Source: Rhizodiscina lignyota
Lineage: Eukaryota
Assembly: GCA_010015805.1 (NCBI GenBank)
Contig: ML978123.1
Location: forward strand, 2,852,001-2,916,000
Direction: 5' to 3'
DNA: 64,000 nt
Shown: piece by piece, positions 1 through 12,291 of the stretch
How the letters are laid out: each line of letters starts with the position of its first letter
How positions within the stretch are numbered: the first letter of the stretch is position 1
Notes under the pieces: model-generated
Database searches by the model: none
Told to the model about the DNA's origin: nothing
Seen by the model: the letters and a program-made list of their open reading frames with translations, nothing else
Translations under genes and position numbers: made by a program

Positions 1-630
1 AGTTTCACTACTCTATCAATCGGAAGGATCTTGAGCTGAGGCGTGCTCCGTACAAGGTTTCGGGTGCCAAGAAATGAATCATACTGGCTCATCGCCGAAC
101 TCATGAAGCTCATTGGGCGACAAAAGGGCAGTTGCAGAAACTCGAAAGAATTGGGGTACACCAAATGCGGGGCTTTCGAATACAGCCATAGTGATTCATT
201 TCGTGTCATCCTGAATAAAACCATAATAGTGCAGTGCGTGTAGATGAAGATAAGAAGTAGCCGTATACAATGAAGACCGAGAAATAACAATGAAAATTAC
301 CCTTCATGCCGAACATGAATCCATCTATGCATGACTTCCGAAGACTTTCACAATATGCAGAAGCTCCTGGTTGATGGAAACTGTGGCCGGTACGTCGCAC
401 TGTTCGTCGAGGATACACTCAGACGGGACGAGAACTATTTTGCCGAGATGAGGCAGACCATGCTGAACAATCATGTCTGCCACTGAACTACCATTGTCGA
501 CATCGCCTGAAATGTCTCTTGAACAAGCCTGCTTTTGGCGCAGTAAAAGGGAATTCGATCAGAAGCTAACTTGTAATATATCAAAGCGGCATGGCCGATC
601 AAACCGAAGCAGACATAAAACAAAGCAATG

Positions 631-1451
631 TCACCGATCCTCCCCATTCTTTCGCTCCAACATTTTCCTCAACATCTCCACCTCGGCCTCCCTCTTCGCA
701 AGCTCGAGCCTTAACTGATCCTTCTCTTTTGTTACGCTTCGCACCTCTTCTTCGAGTTCTTCGATACGATCGATGCGTTTCTGGCGGTACTTCTTGGCTG
801 CGATATTGTTTCGATGACGCTTCAGAGTCAAAGCATCTGATGGCTTGGAATGCTGCATAGAAGATGAACCAGTCGTACTTTGAGGGCTTGCGGGACTGGG
901 TCGCGACATAAGACCTTGTGGTGAGGCGTTTTCAAAAGAGAGTGGCTCTGGCAGGAGTGTCCCTTCTCCTTCGAAAGAGAAGGCGCCCTGAGCTACTCCA
1001 CTAGGAGTCGTAGACACATAGACGGAGTTGTCGGTATTATAGAGTTGGTTTATATCTTTAAGCTGTCAGTGCGGTGAAGTCTGGGGTGTAATTGGGTTGA
1101 AATACCATATGGCGAATCTAAGTCGAATGAAATAGGATCTCCCAGAGCGGTTTCGTACGCCCCAGACGTAGTATCGACATGAGTAAAGTCGGAGAAAGAA
1201 GTAAAGTTTAAGATGTTGCTGGAGGGTAAAGTGCAGTCCCCAAATGAAAGAGCCGAATTTTGATTCTGAATGACTGGATTGAAGCTAGACAGCTCCGCCG
1301 GTGCGAAGAAAGACAGATGAGAAGTTGTAGACGGGTAGAGACAGGTACTGCCACTACCATGCTGAAGCGCATTGGTGTGGGCAGAAGTAGGCGACAGAGG
1401 CCTGTCGGACGGTGCATCCTGCTGATGATCCTGCGGCTCCCATGTTTGCAG
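631..1451 (-). CDS. jlbA: JlbA/IDI-4-like bZIP transcription factor, 2 exons (1451-1106, 1055-631), proposed non-AUG (CUG) start
   Basis: C-terminal basic region and zipper KRHRNNIAAKKYRQKRIDRIEELEEEVRSVTKEKDQLRLELAKREAEVEMLRKML. A 50-nt intron 1105-1056 (GTATTT...CTGAC...AAG) joins an upstream stop-free frame that has no ATG. The first in-frame ATG is at 909. The bZIP call is secure; the start codon and orthology are inferred. Confidence 0.75.
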
Positions 1452-1633
1452 TGTTTGGGCGCCTCGAGTTCACGCCCGAGGCCGGACGACAAATATCAAG
1501 ATTTAGGAAGAAGTCAAACCTGTCAAGTTGGCTGAGGTTGATACCTGAGGTTTCTACGAGAGACGAATGTACCCTTTTATGGTGGACGTCTGGGGCTGTG
1601 GCTTCTCGTTGCGGTATCTTCATGCGGCTTGCG

Positions 1634-1642
1634 GTGACTCAT
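1634..1642. promoter_or_regulatory. Gcn4/Cpc1/AP-1 consensus element GTGACTCAT upstream of the bZIP gene
   Basis: Exact TGACTCA at 1635-1641, about 55 bp upstream of a TATA-like CATAAAA (1581-1575, minus strand). Confidence 0.6.
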
Positions 1643-2543
1643 TCCAGGAGGTCCCACATCTCGACACGCTTGGAGTCTAGCGCGAACGATATTTTCTTAG
1701 GTATGCCTCACGGTGCCATCGTAGGTAGGACACCCTTCAACCCTCGTCGATGTTCGCTACTACTAAGAGACGCGTTCGAACCCCACATGCAATGTGCAGG
1801 CATACTGCTGTAAAATTGATTTTCCGTAGGTACGTGTTTGGCTCTGCGTGACAACTGGCTTGAGATCGATAGCAGCACATCTAACAAGATGCTCGAAGAT
1901 GCAACATTCGAATTGTATTGATCCATATATATCTCTTTCAAATGTCGTCCTGGAACTCAAGCTATCAATCATAGTCGTGGTTTCTTTCTCAGTAAGCCGG
2001 TCTAAAGGGACCGCGATATCTCTTATCGTCTCGACTTCTTGAAGCAGACTTCGACAAAAACCCTTTAGGCACTGTGCATTTCCATTCGTCTCTTCTTTCT
2101 GCTCCAGCAAGGTATCTTGGCTAATTTGGGCAAGAGCTCAACGGAAAAATCATTGCGGGGAAATTTCGAGCATGGACATTGATGTTAATCTGGGGTCCCC
2201 GCATCCAGTCGCAGTCGTTCGTAGCGTTTCATGACGATCTTCGGCAACTCAATCTTGCAAACTTGCCGTCTATTCACAGGTTCCCAACCGCTGCATGGTT
2301 CCTCTATCCAGGCCATCAGGAGGTGATCTCCCGGCATTCTCGACTCAATGCTTGTTCTATCCTGGCTATGTGGGGTATAGCGAGGGGGCGTTCACGACGA
2401 TGGGGTTACAGTAATGAAGAGGCACTCTATAAATGCCGGCGTCGAATGGGTTGATCATTCGCATCTGACCGTCAACCTTCTGTTCCTTTCCCGTCGAGGT
2501 CATTCTACGAAACGGCGCAGCCTTCGACTACCAAACCACCAGT

Positions 2544-4406
2544 ATGGGCCTTGGTGTCTTAGACGACCACCATCTCGAACATGTTCCCGGCACAGCCCTG
2601 CTTGCTGACGTGTTTGAGGCCCAGCGGCATCAATATCATGGTAATGAAAGCACTGCAATTGTACTTCCGGGCACTCTATTCTAACGCTAGATTAGGCCAC
2701 GATACCTCGGATCTAAAGCATGGCACTGGCAGAAACAAAGATATCGTTCTTGTCCCTCAACCAAGTGAATCGCCACGGGATCCTCTAAACTGGCCAGGAT
2801 GGAAGAAAGAATTACTCCTTCTCATTGTCAGTATCGACACCGCCGTCGTCGGTGCTTGGGGGCCAATGATTAGTCCCGGTTTCGCAGAAATGGCCAAACA
2901 ATTCAACATGTCATACAACTCTTTGAACGGAGGCCTGGGCTGGGCAATATTCGCAATCGGCCTTTCCTGTTTCATCACCAACGGCCTTTCCGTCAAGTTT
3001 GGACGTCGTCCGGTGATGATTGGCGGGAATTTGCTCTTGTTCATTTCTTCCGTATGGGCTTATTTCGCAACCAGCTACAAGTCCCTATTGGCCAGCCGTA
3101 TATTTGGAGCTGTCGGGATGAGCCCGTTCGAGGTATTGACTACGGCAATTATCGGAGACATATACTTCGTTCACGAACGGGGTTTGAGACTAGCGTTCTG
3201 GGGCCTGTGTTTAAATATCGGGGTAGGCGGAGGTAGCTGCATATCTGGTTACATTATCCAGGTCGGTATAGTCGAGCTATCCTACTGATACTTCATACTA
3301 ATGGCGACCAGAATCTCGGTTGGAACTGGACCTACGGGATATGTGCGTGCTTCTATGGGGTTTTTATTATTTTGATATTGCTGTTCGTTCCAGAGACCAT
3401 CTATCATCGCGATCCTGCCTACAACATCGATCTGGGCACGAGAGACCATACAGTTGAGACATTGGAAGCAGAAAAGATTGTCGGCGAGGAACCAAAAGGT
3501 CCACAACATTTGGAGCTGACTAAATCTGGGAACACAACGCAAGCTGGGATCCTATACACTGGTGCTGACGAACAGCCGTACACGTTCTGGGAGCAGCTCC
3601 TTCCAGTCCGCGGCATCGAGTCAGACGAGAACCTGCTGTACATCATTTTCAGGCCCTTTGGAATGCTTTTGTTCCCTCAGGTGCTCTACGGCTTCATTAC
3701 ATATGGTCTCTCAACATCATGGCTGGTTGTCATGATCAGCGTCTTGGCCCAGCTCTTCACGGGTCCACCGTACAACTTCTCTGTTGCGGACGTCGGCTTG
3801 ATAAGCATCGCCGCGCTAGTTGCATCGCTCTTGGGGTTCATCGCTGGGCCTCTAAACGACTATGTCGTCAAGAAACTAGCACGATTGAATAACGGCATCT
3901 ACGAACCCGAATTTCGACTGTTGTTGAATATCCTGACCCTCATACTGGGCGTTGTTGGATTCTTCGGATTCGGAGCCTGCCTGGAACATCAAACTCCTTG
4001 GCCTGGACCCGTGGTTCTCTACGGCATCATCTATTTCTCCATGTCATTCCTCAACATTGGGTGAGTATATCTATCGCCGTTTGTCATTCATCCTCTGAAG
4101 GTGAAGCCTGGGACCATCGCTGATTGGCTAATACGAAATAGTATCTACGGCTACATTACTGAATGCCACCGTAACAAAGCGCCTGAAGCATTCGCTTCTC
4201 TCAACCTGCGCAACTTCTACTCATTCGGGATGAATTATTTTATCAGCTCTTGGATCACTAACCAAGGCCCGCTTGAAGTCTTCAGCATTATCGGGGGGCT
4301 ACACATCTTCATCTGCCTCTTGACAGTACCAATGTGGATCTTCGGCAAGAGATGCCGCAGCTTGACTGCGCGTCTTACAATCTATCGAAAGATTCAGAAT
4401 TCTTAA
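2544..4406 (+). CDS. MFS transporter, HOL1/DHA1-like, 4 exons
   Basis: Starts MGLGVLDDHHLEHVPGT; contains LVPQPSESPRDPLNWP, KFGRRPV, DIYFVHERG, PETIY, GIYEPEFRL and about 12 hydrophobic segments. Introns near 2641-2695, 3262-3311 and 4061-4141. TATAAA at about 2428. Confidence 0.9.
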
Positions 4407-4885
4407 GGGGTGGTCCCGAACTCAAGACAATCAACGATGTTGAGCTATTGGATCAGGGTCCAATATCTCTTGCTCTAGGAGAAGTGCGGTTTCCTTGCAG
4501 ATAGCGACCATATCATAAACTTGAATGAGAACAAATTAGAAATTAAGATCCTCAGATGAATAAGTGTCACCATGAACTTCAGAGGCATTACTACTTCGTG
4601 ACAACATCTTGGTGGCGAGCAAATGACTCGGTGAATCTTCGGAAGAATCGAGTGGCCAAGCCGGTCACGCCGCGCTTCACTTGTAACTCTTGCTCCCTTC
4701 TCACGAATCCCAATGATCTTTTGATATCGTCAAGAAAATATTTCGGTATACTGCTACGTACAGTATCAAAAAGTGCTCAATCGCTGGCTGGACCAACGGC
4801 GATCAACAACTTAGGAAAGACCATGTCTTAACCACAGCCGAGCTCATAACTTCTTCACCAAAACACACATACACACTCAGTCGCA

Positions 4886-5961
4886 ATGGCAGAGAACGGC
4901 GATAATTCTGAACCGATGTTCAAGGCAAACAAGCGACGAAAGATATGGAGAAAGCGACCCATTAGCGATGAGCCAGAAGATGTGGAGAGCGAGTCCACGC
5001 AAATCGACCAAGCACTTGACGCGTCTGAAAGTGGAGTTTCAGCACAACCGCCCAAAGCCGGAATGTCAATCGCCGAGATTCTGCGAAAAAGAAGGCAAGG
5101 ACAAGCGCACAAGGCAGGGATTGGCTTTTCGAACGTTAAAGCAACCAAAGCTGGCAACTCAGATGGGACCACGGAAACCGCGCGTCGAAACAGCGAGATT
5201 GCGCCTCCACTGGAGAACCTGAACAGCAGGTTTGTACTCCAGACAGGGCAACGCGTCGCGGATGAGACGGACAAGCATATGTGAGTGACAGTAACAGTCC
5301 CATATCATATTACACTGTAGCAACAGCTAACGCGTCAAGGAATGCATATGTAGAGGCCAAAATGGCTGAACTACGTGAAAGCGGACTCTCCTCTCAATCC
5401 GACAACCAAATCCGACAAGCAGTCGAAGAGACACTCTCCGCAGAGAACCTGCCTCGCGAGCGAAAGCCAACAAGTTCTGGGAAGCTCATGGAGGTCGATC
5501 TCGGCCCGGAGACAACTTTGCGCAACATTGCGCGTACCGAAGCTGCGACGAAGGGCACGGCTACTGGTGAGACGGAGGAGTATATTGGAGGTGGTAAGAG
5601 ACGAAGACGTAGGAGGAACAGCGAAGATGTCAAGCGGGACAAGCTGGTGGACGAGGTGCTGAAGCAGAGTAGGCGTAAGTGGAGACTCCCTAAGTTTTCA
5701 TTGCAAAGGTATTTTAGTGACACTCTAGTTCCAGTGGATATGTACACTCCGCCAGAGGCTATGCACGACTACGGTGACGAAGCTGCCGACGAACGTATTG
5801 CGGAAGAGTTCCGCAAGGAGTTCTTGAATGCGATCGAGGACAAGAACGTACGCAAACCACAACCAGCTGCACCAGCTCCAGGTAGAGGAGCGAAGCGTGA
5901 GGACCAGGTGAAAGGACCAAAGCTTGGAGGCAGCAGGAATGCGAGGATGAAGCAGCGATAG
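4886..5961 (+). CDS. Tls1/C9orf78 (HCA59)-like spliceosome-associated protein, 3 exons
   Basis: Motifs SRFVLQTG...DKHM|NAYVEAKM, GKLMEVDLG, RRRRNSEDVKRDKLVDEVL, ADERIAEEFRKEF and KGPKLGGSRNAR. Introns 5281-5339 and 5675-5734. Confidence 0.75.
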
Positions 5962-6540
5962 GCTCTTGTATGCATGCCTGCAAACGATATCTCGAATGAC
6001 ACGACAGAATTTGACTCATGAAGATGCGCTTAATTTTTGTTTTTGTTTTGTTTTAATTTTTTCTAAGTGAAATTCGACATGATATGCCAAAACTTATCTG
6101 TGAATACGGCGAAGGCACCAGCAAAACATTACAGTATGCGAAGCCTTTCGACGACCCTCAGCTCGTTCTTTCACGGTTCTCGCCGTTACCACACTTTTCG
6201 AAATCATTGAGCAACCTTTGTTCTCCGCAAACTGTTTTCTCTGCCGAGAAGCTCCAAGTCTCGCGGCGGTCTTGTCCCTGATCTGCAACACCAAAACTCC
6301 CGCCCCCAAGGAACTCTTAATATCAGCTTGGCAGCTCGGCAATGACGTTTGTCAAGAAACAGTTGTGCCACTGACAAGATCAGTATGATGCCGTTACAAA
6401 TACTAACGATGCCCTTCTTCCCTTTCCTTACTTATTTTCGGAGCGCCTTGGCTCACTGGCCTGAATCAAATTTACTACTACCCGCCTTAATAACTGCCCT
6501 TTCACAAAACAAGCAATCGCAAGGACTAGAACTGCCCGTC

Positions 6541-6886
6541 ATGGAGCAACTTCGTCGTCGATCAGGCGGTGGCGGGGGTGTTGATGTGCCATACAACCCA
6601 CCACCTTCGGTTGGCCATGAGATCGGAGTCATGTTCGGCGGCATCGCCGCTTTCCTTATAAGTGAGTTTGCTCAGCTTCTCCTGAGAGGACTAGCACTGT
6701 TGCTGATCTCTCACAATAGGCAGCATCTTATTCTGGGTGTGGTGGAATTGGGCACAAAAGCGCGAAGACCGTATCGAGCGAGAAAGGGTAGAGGCTTTCA
6801 GGCAGGCTGGTGGCTGGGGTGCGAAGGAGAAACAGTTGAAAGTGAACAATTCGGATGAAATCAGTAGGGCTAAGAATGGAGCTTAG
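6541..6886 (+). CDS. Small (about 95 aa) single-pass membrane protein, 2 exons
   Basis: ATG at 6541; intron 6662-6719 (GTGAGT...CTGAT...TAG). Spliced product MEQLRRRSGGGGGVDVPYNPPPSVGHEIGVMFGGIAAFLISSILFWVWWNWAQKREDRIERERVEAF...KNGA* has one TM helix followed by a charged tail. Confidence 0.75.
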
Positions 6887-7144
6887 GCTTTCATGATGCC
6901 TTTGACTGGCGGGCTTTGCTGAGACACTCCTGCCCAACATGAGCGATGTAAGAGTCCTCTGGCAGCATCTCAGTCTCCACGCACAGATATTAAGGCCTTT
7001 ATCAAACATTAAGAGACAATTCTTTTGCTCTATGCCATTTGTGAAATAAGCATTCCGCACTGTTGTCTATATATAAGCTTAATTCCCCGAGCAGTCAATT
7101 CAAACTCCGCTGAGACAGATCTCGCTTCCGTCAAAGTTAGAAAG

Positions 7145-7969
7145 ATGTCTGAAGACAGCCAAGAACGAGAAGAAACCTTATCAGAGGGCCTGTCCAGTAT
7201 TGGGCTTGACTCTGACTCTCAGGACGCAGAGCAAGACATCCCCGCGGACAAGCTGCAACTAACCATCAATGAACTCAGCGCCAGCGAGCTGCGAAACATA
7301 CTCTACGCTGAGGCACAGCGCGATGAGAGGATTTCGAACAGACTAGTGAGATACTACGATGGCTCACGCGGGAACTTTGACACGATCGGCCGTGACACCT
7401 TCCTCTCAGCCCTTGATGGCAGTTCATTCTCGGACAGGTTTAATCAGGGATTCAAAAGGGGAGGAAAGAGCGTAGCGAGTAGCGGGAAAATGTAGAGAGA
7501 AAAGGTATGGAAACAGACCGCGTTCCAAGCTTTGAGCATAATCAATCACCGCTCTCCTCCTGAAACGAGAAGCAATGCTCTGTCTGCCTTGCGTTCAGCA
7601 GGAAAGTATTGGTGCAGGAAAGGCGAACATTTCATGGAGGAAACAGTTGTTCGCGCAATGAAGATATTATTGGCATTCCTTATGGAAGCAGAGAGGGCCG
7701 AGTTCATCAGGGATATCGAGAACTCCCAGAAGCTACCATGTTTCTCTGTGGATCTTCCCGGCGATAATGACCCTGACTGGGTGATGGCTGTCCCCGCTGT
7801 TGGAGAGCACGGTGAAGAAGTCAAGCTCTTCACAGAGGATGATTTCCGACAGAGGTGGGCAGACACTCACAAGGCTCTCAAAGAGCTGAAGGCAGCAAGT
7901 AAAAGTGAGAGAGCTGATGCCGGTAAGAAGATGAGGGACGCATTCAGAATCGTTTACGGGCGAGAATAG
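7145..7969 (+). pseudogene. Hypothetical protein interrupted by a single in-frame TAG (7493-7495)
   Basis: ORFs 7025-7495 and 7532-7969 share a frame and the gap is stop-free (GKM*REKVWKQTAFQALSII). ATG at 7145 lies downstream of TATATATAA at about 7068. Confidence 0.55.
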
Positions 7970-8548
7970 AGTCAGTCCACGAGAGAGCGCAGTTTGAAGA
8001 AGGAAGAAGAATCTGACTGAGTTATTGGTATTCTCGACTCTGAGTGTGAATGAAACTTGCCAAATATTGCATCATTTCACGCTGAGCAAGCAACCGTAAT
8101 GACTGTGAAGAAAGTGAAAGCCTGAGGCAAAACGGCGGTTCTGTGGCGTACTGTTGGCTTCTGCCGTTGCCGCCCAAGAAGCAGGCAGCCAATCGCCGTG
8201 GTGCCGTGCGATTCAGGTGTTGGCTGACTTACGGGCCGGCACCGTGATCTTGATTCCAAGACTCACACCCATCCTCCTGCAACATCTTCGATCCTAAAGA
8301 TACCAACTCGTCGCCTAAACTCTTCACTCTTCACTCAAGGTGCGTACTTCACTTGAGGCTATCTCCGTCGTGGTTGCCACCTTTAGCGCGCCAAGACGGA
8401 GTGTTGTCTGCCAGGGTCAAGGCTAACTTGTACGCTTCGCTTCGAACAGACACCCTCAAATCTACAACAAACCCACCAAGCTTCCGCACCACAACTCTCC
8501 ACACGCTCCATCCACCGTATCCACACATCTTCACACTCGCTAGCAGAC

Positions 8549-9441
<893 letters not shown>

Positions 9442-9935
9442 CCAAAATGTAGATGGCGCATTGGGGAGTAACGGGAGATGAGAATAACCACACTCTTTCT
9501 ACGATGCACTTCATGGGTGTCGGAGGGTCTGGGAATTGTTACAAGTTTTGCTTAGCGGGCAACCGGTCGATCCGGCGCTTGGACAAGTCTGCAGATAAGG
9601 ATCGATGGGCTGTCCGCACTTGTGCTTAGGGATTTTCTTTTCAAGGGCTATGGGGAATTTGCTTCAGCACTGCGCGACCTGCATCATGCTCCTTTCATGT
9701 CTCAATACTTTCATGGAGTACGGATAGTGGCTTAGTGGTCTAGCAAATTTGCATTCTGGTACGGTAACGCTTCATTGCCTTTCATGTCTTAAAAACTGTC
9801 CGTTCTCGATACTTGTTTCACGGCTCTTCATGACTCCTCGACCTCCGGCTGGATTTCAGAGGAAACAGTCATTTTCCGATACATTTACGAGTCATCGCCG
9901 TGCTCCTTACTCATAAACCACACGCCCTCATCTTC

Positions 9936-11721
9936 TCAGCCCACGGGCCTGCGCCTCACGAGCAATTTCTCCTTAGTCGGAGGAATAGCAAAATCTGTCA
10001 TATATTTCATCTCCACTTTCTCGCGCCGCTGGATATCGTAGTTCAACACGATGTAAGCTAGAAGCAGCTTCATCTGGTGAGCTGCGAAGAAACGTCCTGG
10101 GCTGCAATCTTGGATCAGCATCCAGACTCATTAAAGCTGATGATATATGGGAAATTCGACTCTTACCAGGCATTTCTGCCGTGCATGAACGCCATGAAAG
10201 TAGGCGACGTCGTGACGAGCGAGCGTTTCTTCCTTTCCAGCGTTGTTTGCGTGTCTGTAGATATTCGGCTATCTATGCCTTCGTCTTCTTTCGTGGGAAC
10301 ATTGTTCATTTCTATTTCTTCGTCATTACCTTCGACGAATCTCAGCCCATCCCACGTTGTGCCATTTTGCCAGAATCTTTCATCATCATGTACGCCTCTG
10401 ACAGAGACACCAATCCACGCACCCTGCGGCACTCTTTCTCCCGTCGGCAGCACGACACCTTCCTTGGGGATGACAGCATGCATCGCTCCTCTGCCTCCGA
10501 AACCGGTGTGTCGGAGCGTCTCCTTCAGCACCGAGTCAGTGACGTGGAGGTCGGCGAGCTTGGCTCGCGTCCAGACTCCCTTGGGGGACGATTGCAGCGC
10601 GGTGGAGGCCTCATCTCTGAGTTTCTGGTATAGGGTGGCAAATGATGGAGAAGAGGCAAGATGGAGCAGCGTCCAGGTGAGCGTGAAACTGGTAGTGTGG
10701 ATTGCCGCGAAGGAGATGAGCAAGAGGCGGGAGATGATATTATCGGCCCTGGCATTGGCGGAATTCGCAGACGAGAGGGCGGCCGTTATGATGTAGTCCA
10801 TCAGGCTCTGTTCATCTCCAGGCTTGAATGGCTTCTTGTGCTCAGAACCGCAGCATTCTGATCCTTGGCAGCCCGACCTGCGGCATTTTGCCTTCCAAAT
10901 TAAAGGAGCCAGCCAGCTATTACATCGCCACGCGAAAAACCGGATCGGCAATCCAGCAAGCCGCGATACTACGAACCGGAACGGCGGAGGAGCAAGGAGC
11001 CGTGCGAGCCCAGTGCATATAGCCACTACAAGAGCATACATCGACAGCGCCTTCAGGAACTTCGGATCTCTCGCGAGTTCCTCACCAAAGATCACGCTCG
11101 CGCTCATGCGCAGCACGATAGCATGCATGTTCTCAAATGGCACGACTTCTTTCCACTCTCTCTCGTCCGTACCCCAGAGCTGCGGCATCACCTCCTCGAT
11201 GCCTCTTGCCACACGCTCTGTGAAGTCTCCCAGCCGCCTTGTCAACGGACCAAGGAGGACACTGTCGTGCAGCTGCCTATCCTCGCAGATGGCCGCGGGG
11301 AGGAAGTACTTCAGGCCGACGATCTCATCGCGCACTGGGAAGGGGGAGAGCACGTTTGCGGGCTGGGAGAGGAGCCATGGGATTGCGGAGGGTGGGAGGA
11401 GGACTTCTGGCTCGAGTGTTGTGTTGGGGGTGACGAATGGTTTGCCTTGTTTATTGTACTGTAAGTTGTTAGTTTGGTTGCCTTGATAGAAGGATATCTA
11501 GGATGTACCTTTTCGTAGCCCTCGCTGAGCATTTGCATGCCTTCTTTCCACTCCCGACGATGCGCTCGGAAGGTGGCGAACCATTGGTCGCCTTTCACGC
11601 CGACCCATGGTAGGTCCTTTGGAAGAGGTTGTCGAAATGTGCGTTTGCAGTGGACGTAAAAGAGAACAGAGAACAGGAGATATACCGCGGCATGTGGGAA
11701 CGTGAAGATTTGGAAAGCCAT
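9936..11721 (-). CDS. Cytochrome P450 (ent-kaurene oxidase-like clan), 3 exons
   Basis: N-terminal TM anchor, then PKDLPWVG; I-helix FAAIHTTS; ETLR; WDGLRF; heme motif FMHGRNAC|PGRFFA, with the last intron splitting the Cys codon (TG|C). Confidence 0.93.
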
Positions 11722-12291
11722 GATTGGGATTGGTGAGCAAAAGAGAATTAAACGTTCGATATGATGCAGCAATTTGAACTTTGAGTTTCAATTCAGATTT
11801 TCTTTCAAAGACCTGCTACAGAAGGAAATGGGCTCCTGAGTCGCTGGTAAAAACTTGATATGTTATTCTGCTGCCTTGAGGCCTTGGGGTAACGATACGG
11901 ATTAGACCAGAAACCATCTCAGCTTAGCTGCAAGATATATTTGGCAAGTGCAGGCAGCTGATTTAATAAGTATTTTATGGCCGGAGATGATGTCGCTGTG
12001 GTAACGTTATCAAAGTTTGTGGGAACAATTTGATGCTCTTCGTCTGGGCCAAGTCTCTTCATGTGTAGACAATACTGCTCCCAAAGCAGTAATGCTTGCG
12101 AGCGATACTTCTTGAGCAATGGTATGAATGGTGGAAGCTTCATCACTAAATATAATACATAGGTAATATTTATTACAGTATCTCACTCCTATACGCTGGC
12201 GGTCAATTATTCTGTACAGCTTGAGCGCCTGATGCCTCGCTTGACGCAACCATATTATCATAAATGGGGGTTTCGGTGGAAGGAAACTTTG

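Noticed and set aside
1708..2110. Two overlapping minus-strand ORFs in the bZIP/MFS intergenic region
   Set aside because: TTG starts, no recognisable domain or splice structure; cannot be supported.
2446..2454. Minimal uORF (ATG GGT TGA) before the HOL1-like transporter, suggesting a yeast HOL1-type polyamine-sensing uORF
   Set aside because: Only about 12 nt after the TATA box, so probably upstream of the TSS, and it lacks the Pro-Ser-stop ending of that uORF.
10077..11486. Long plus-strand ORFs (239 and 220 aa) over the P450
   Set aside because: Antisense shadows of a well-supported gene.
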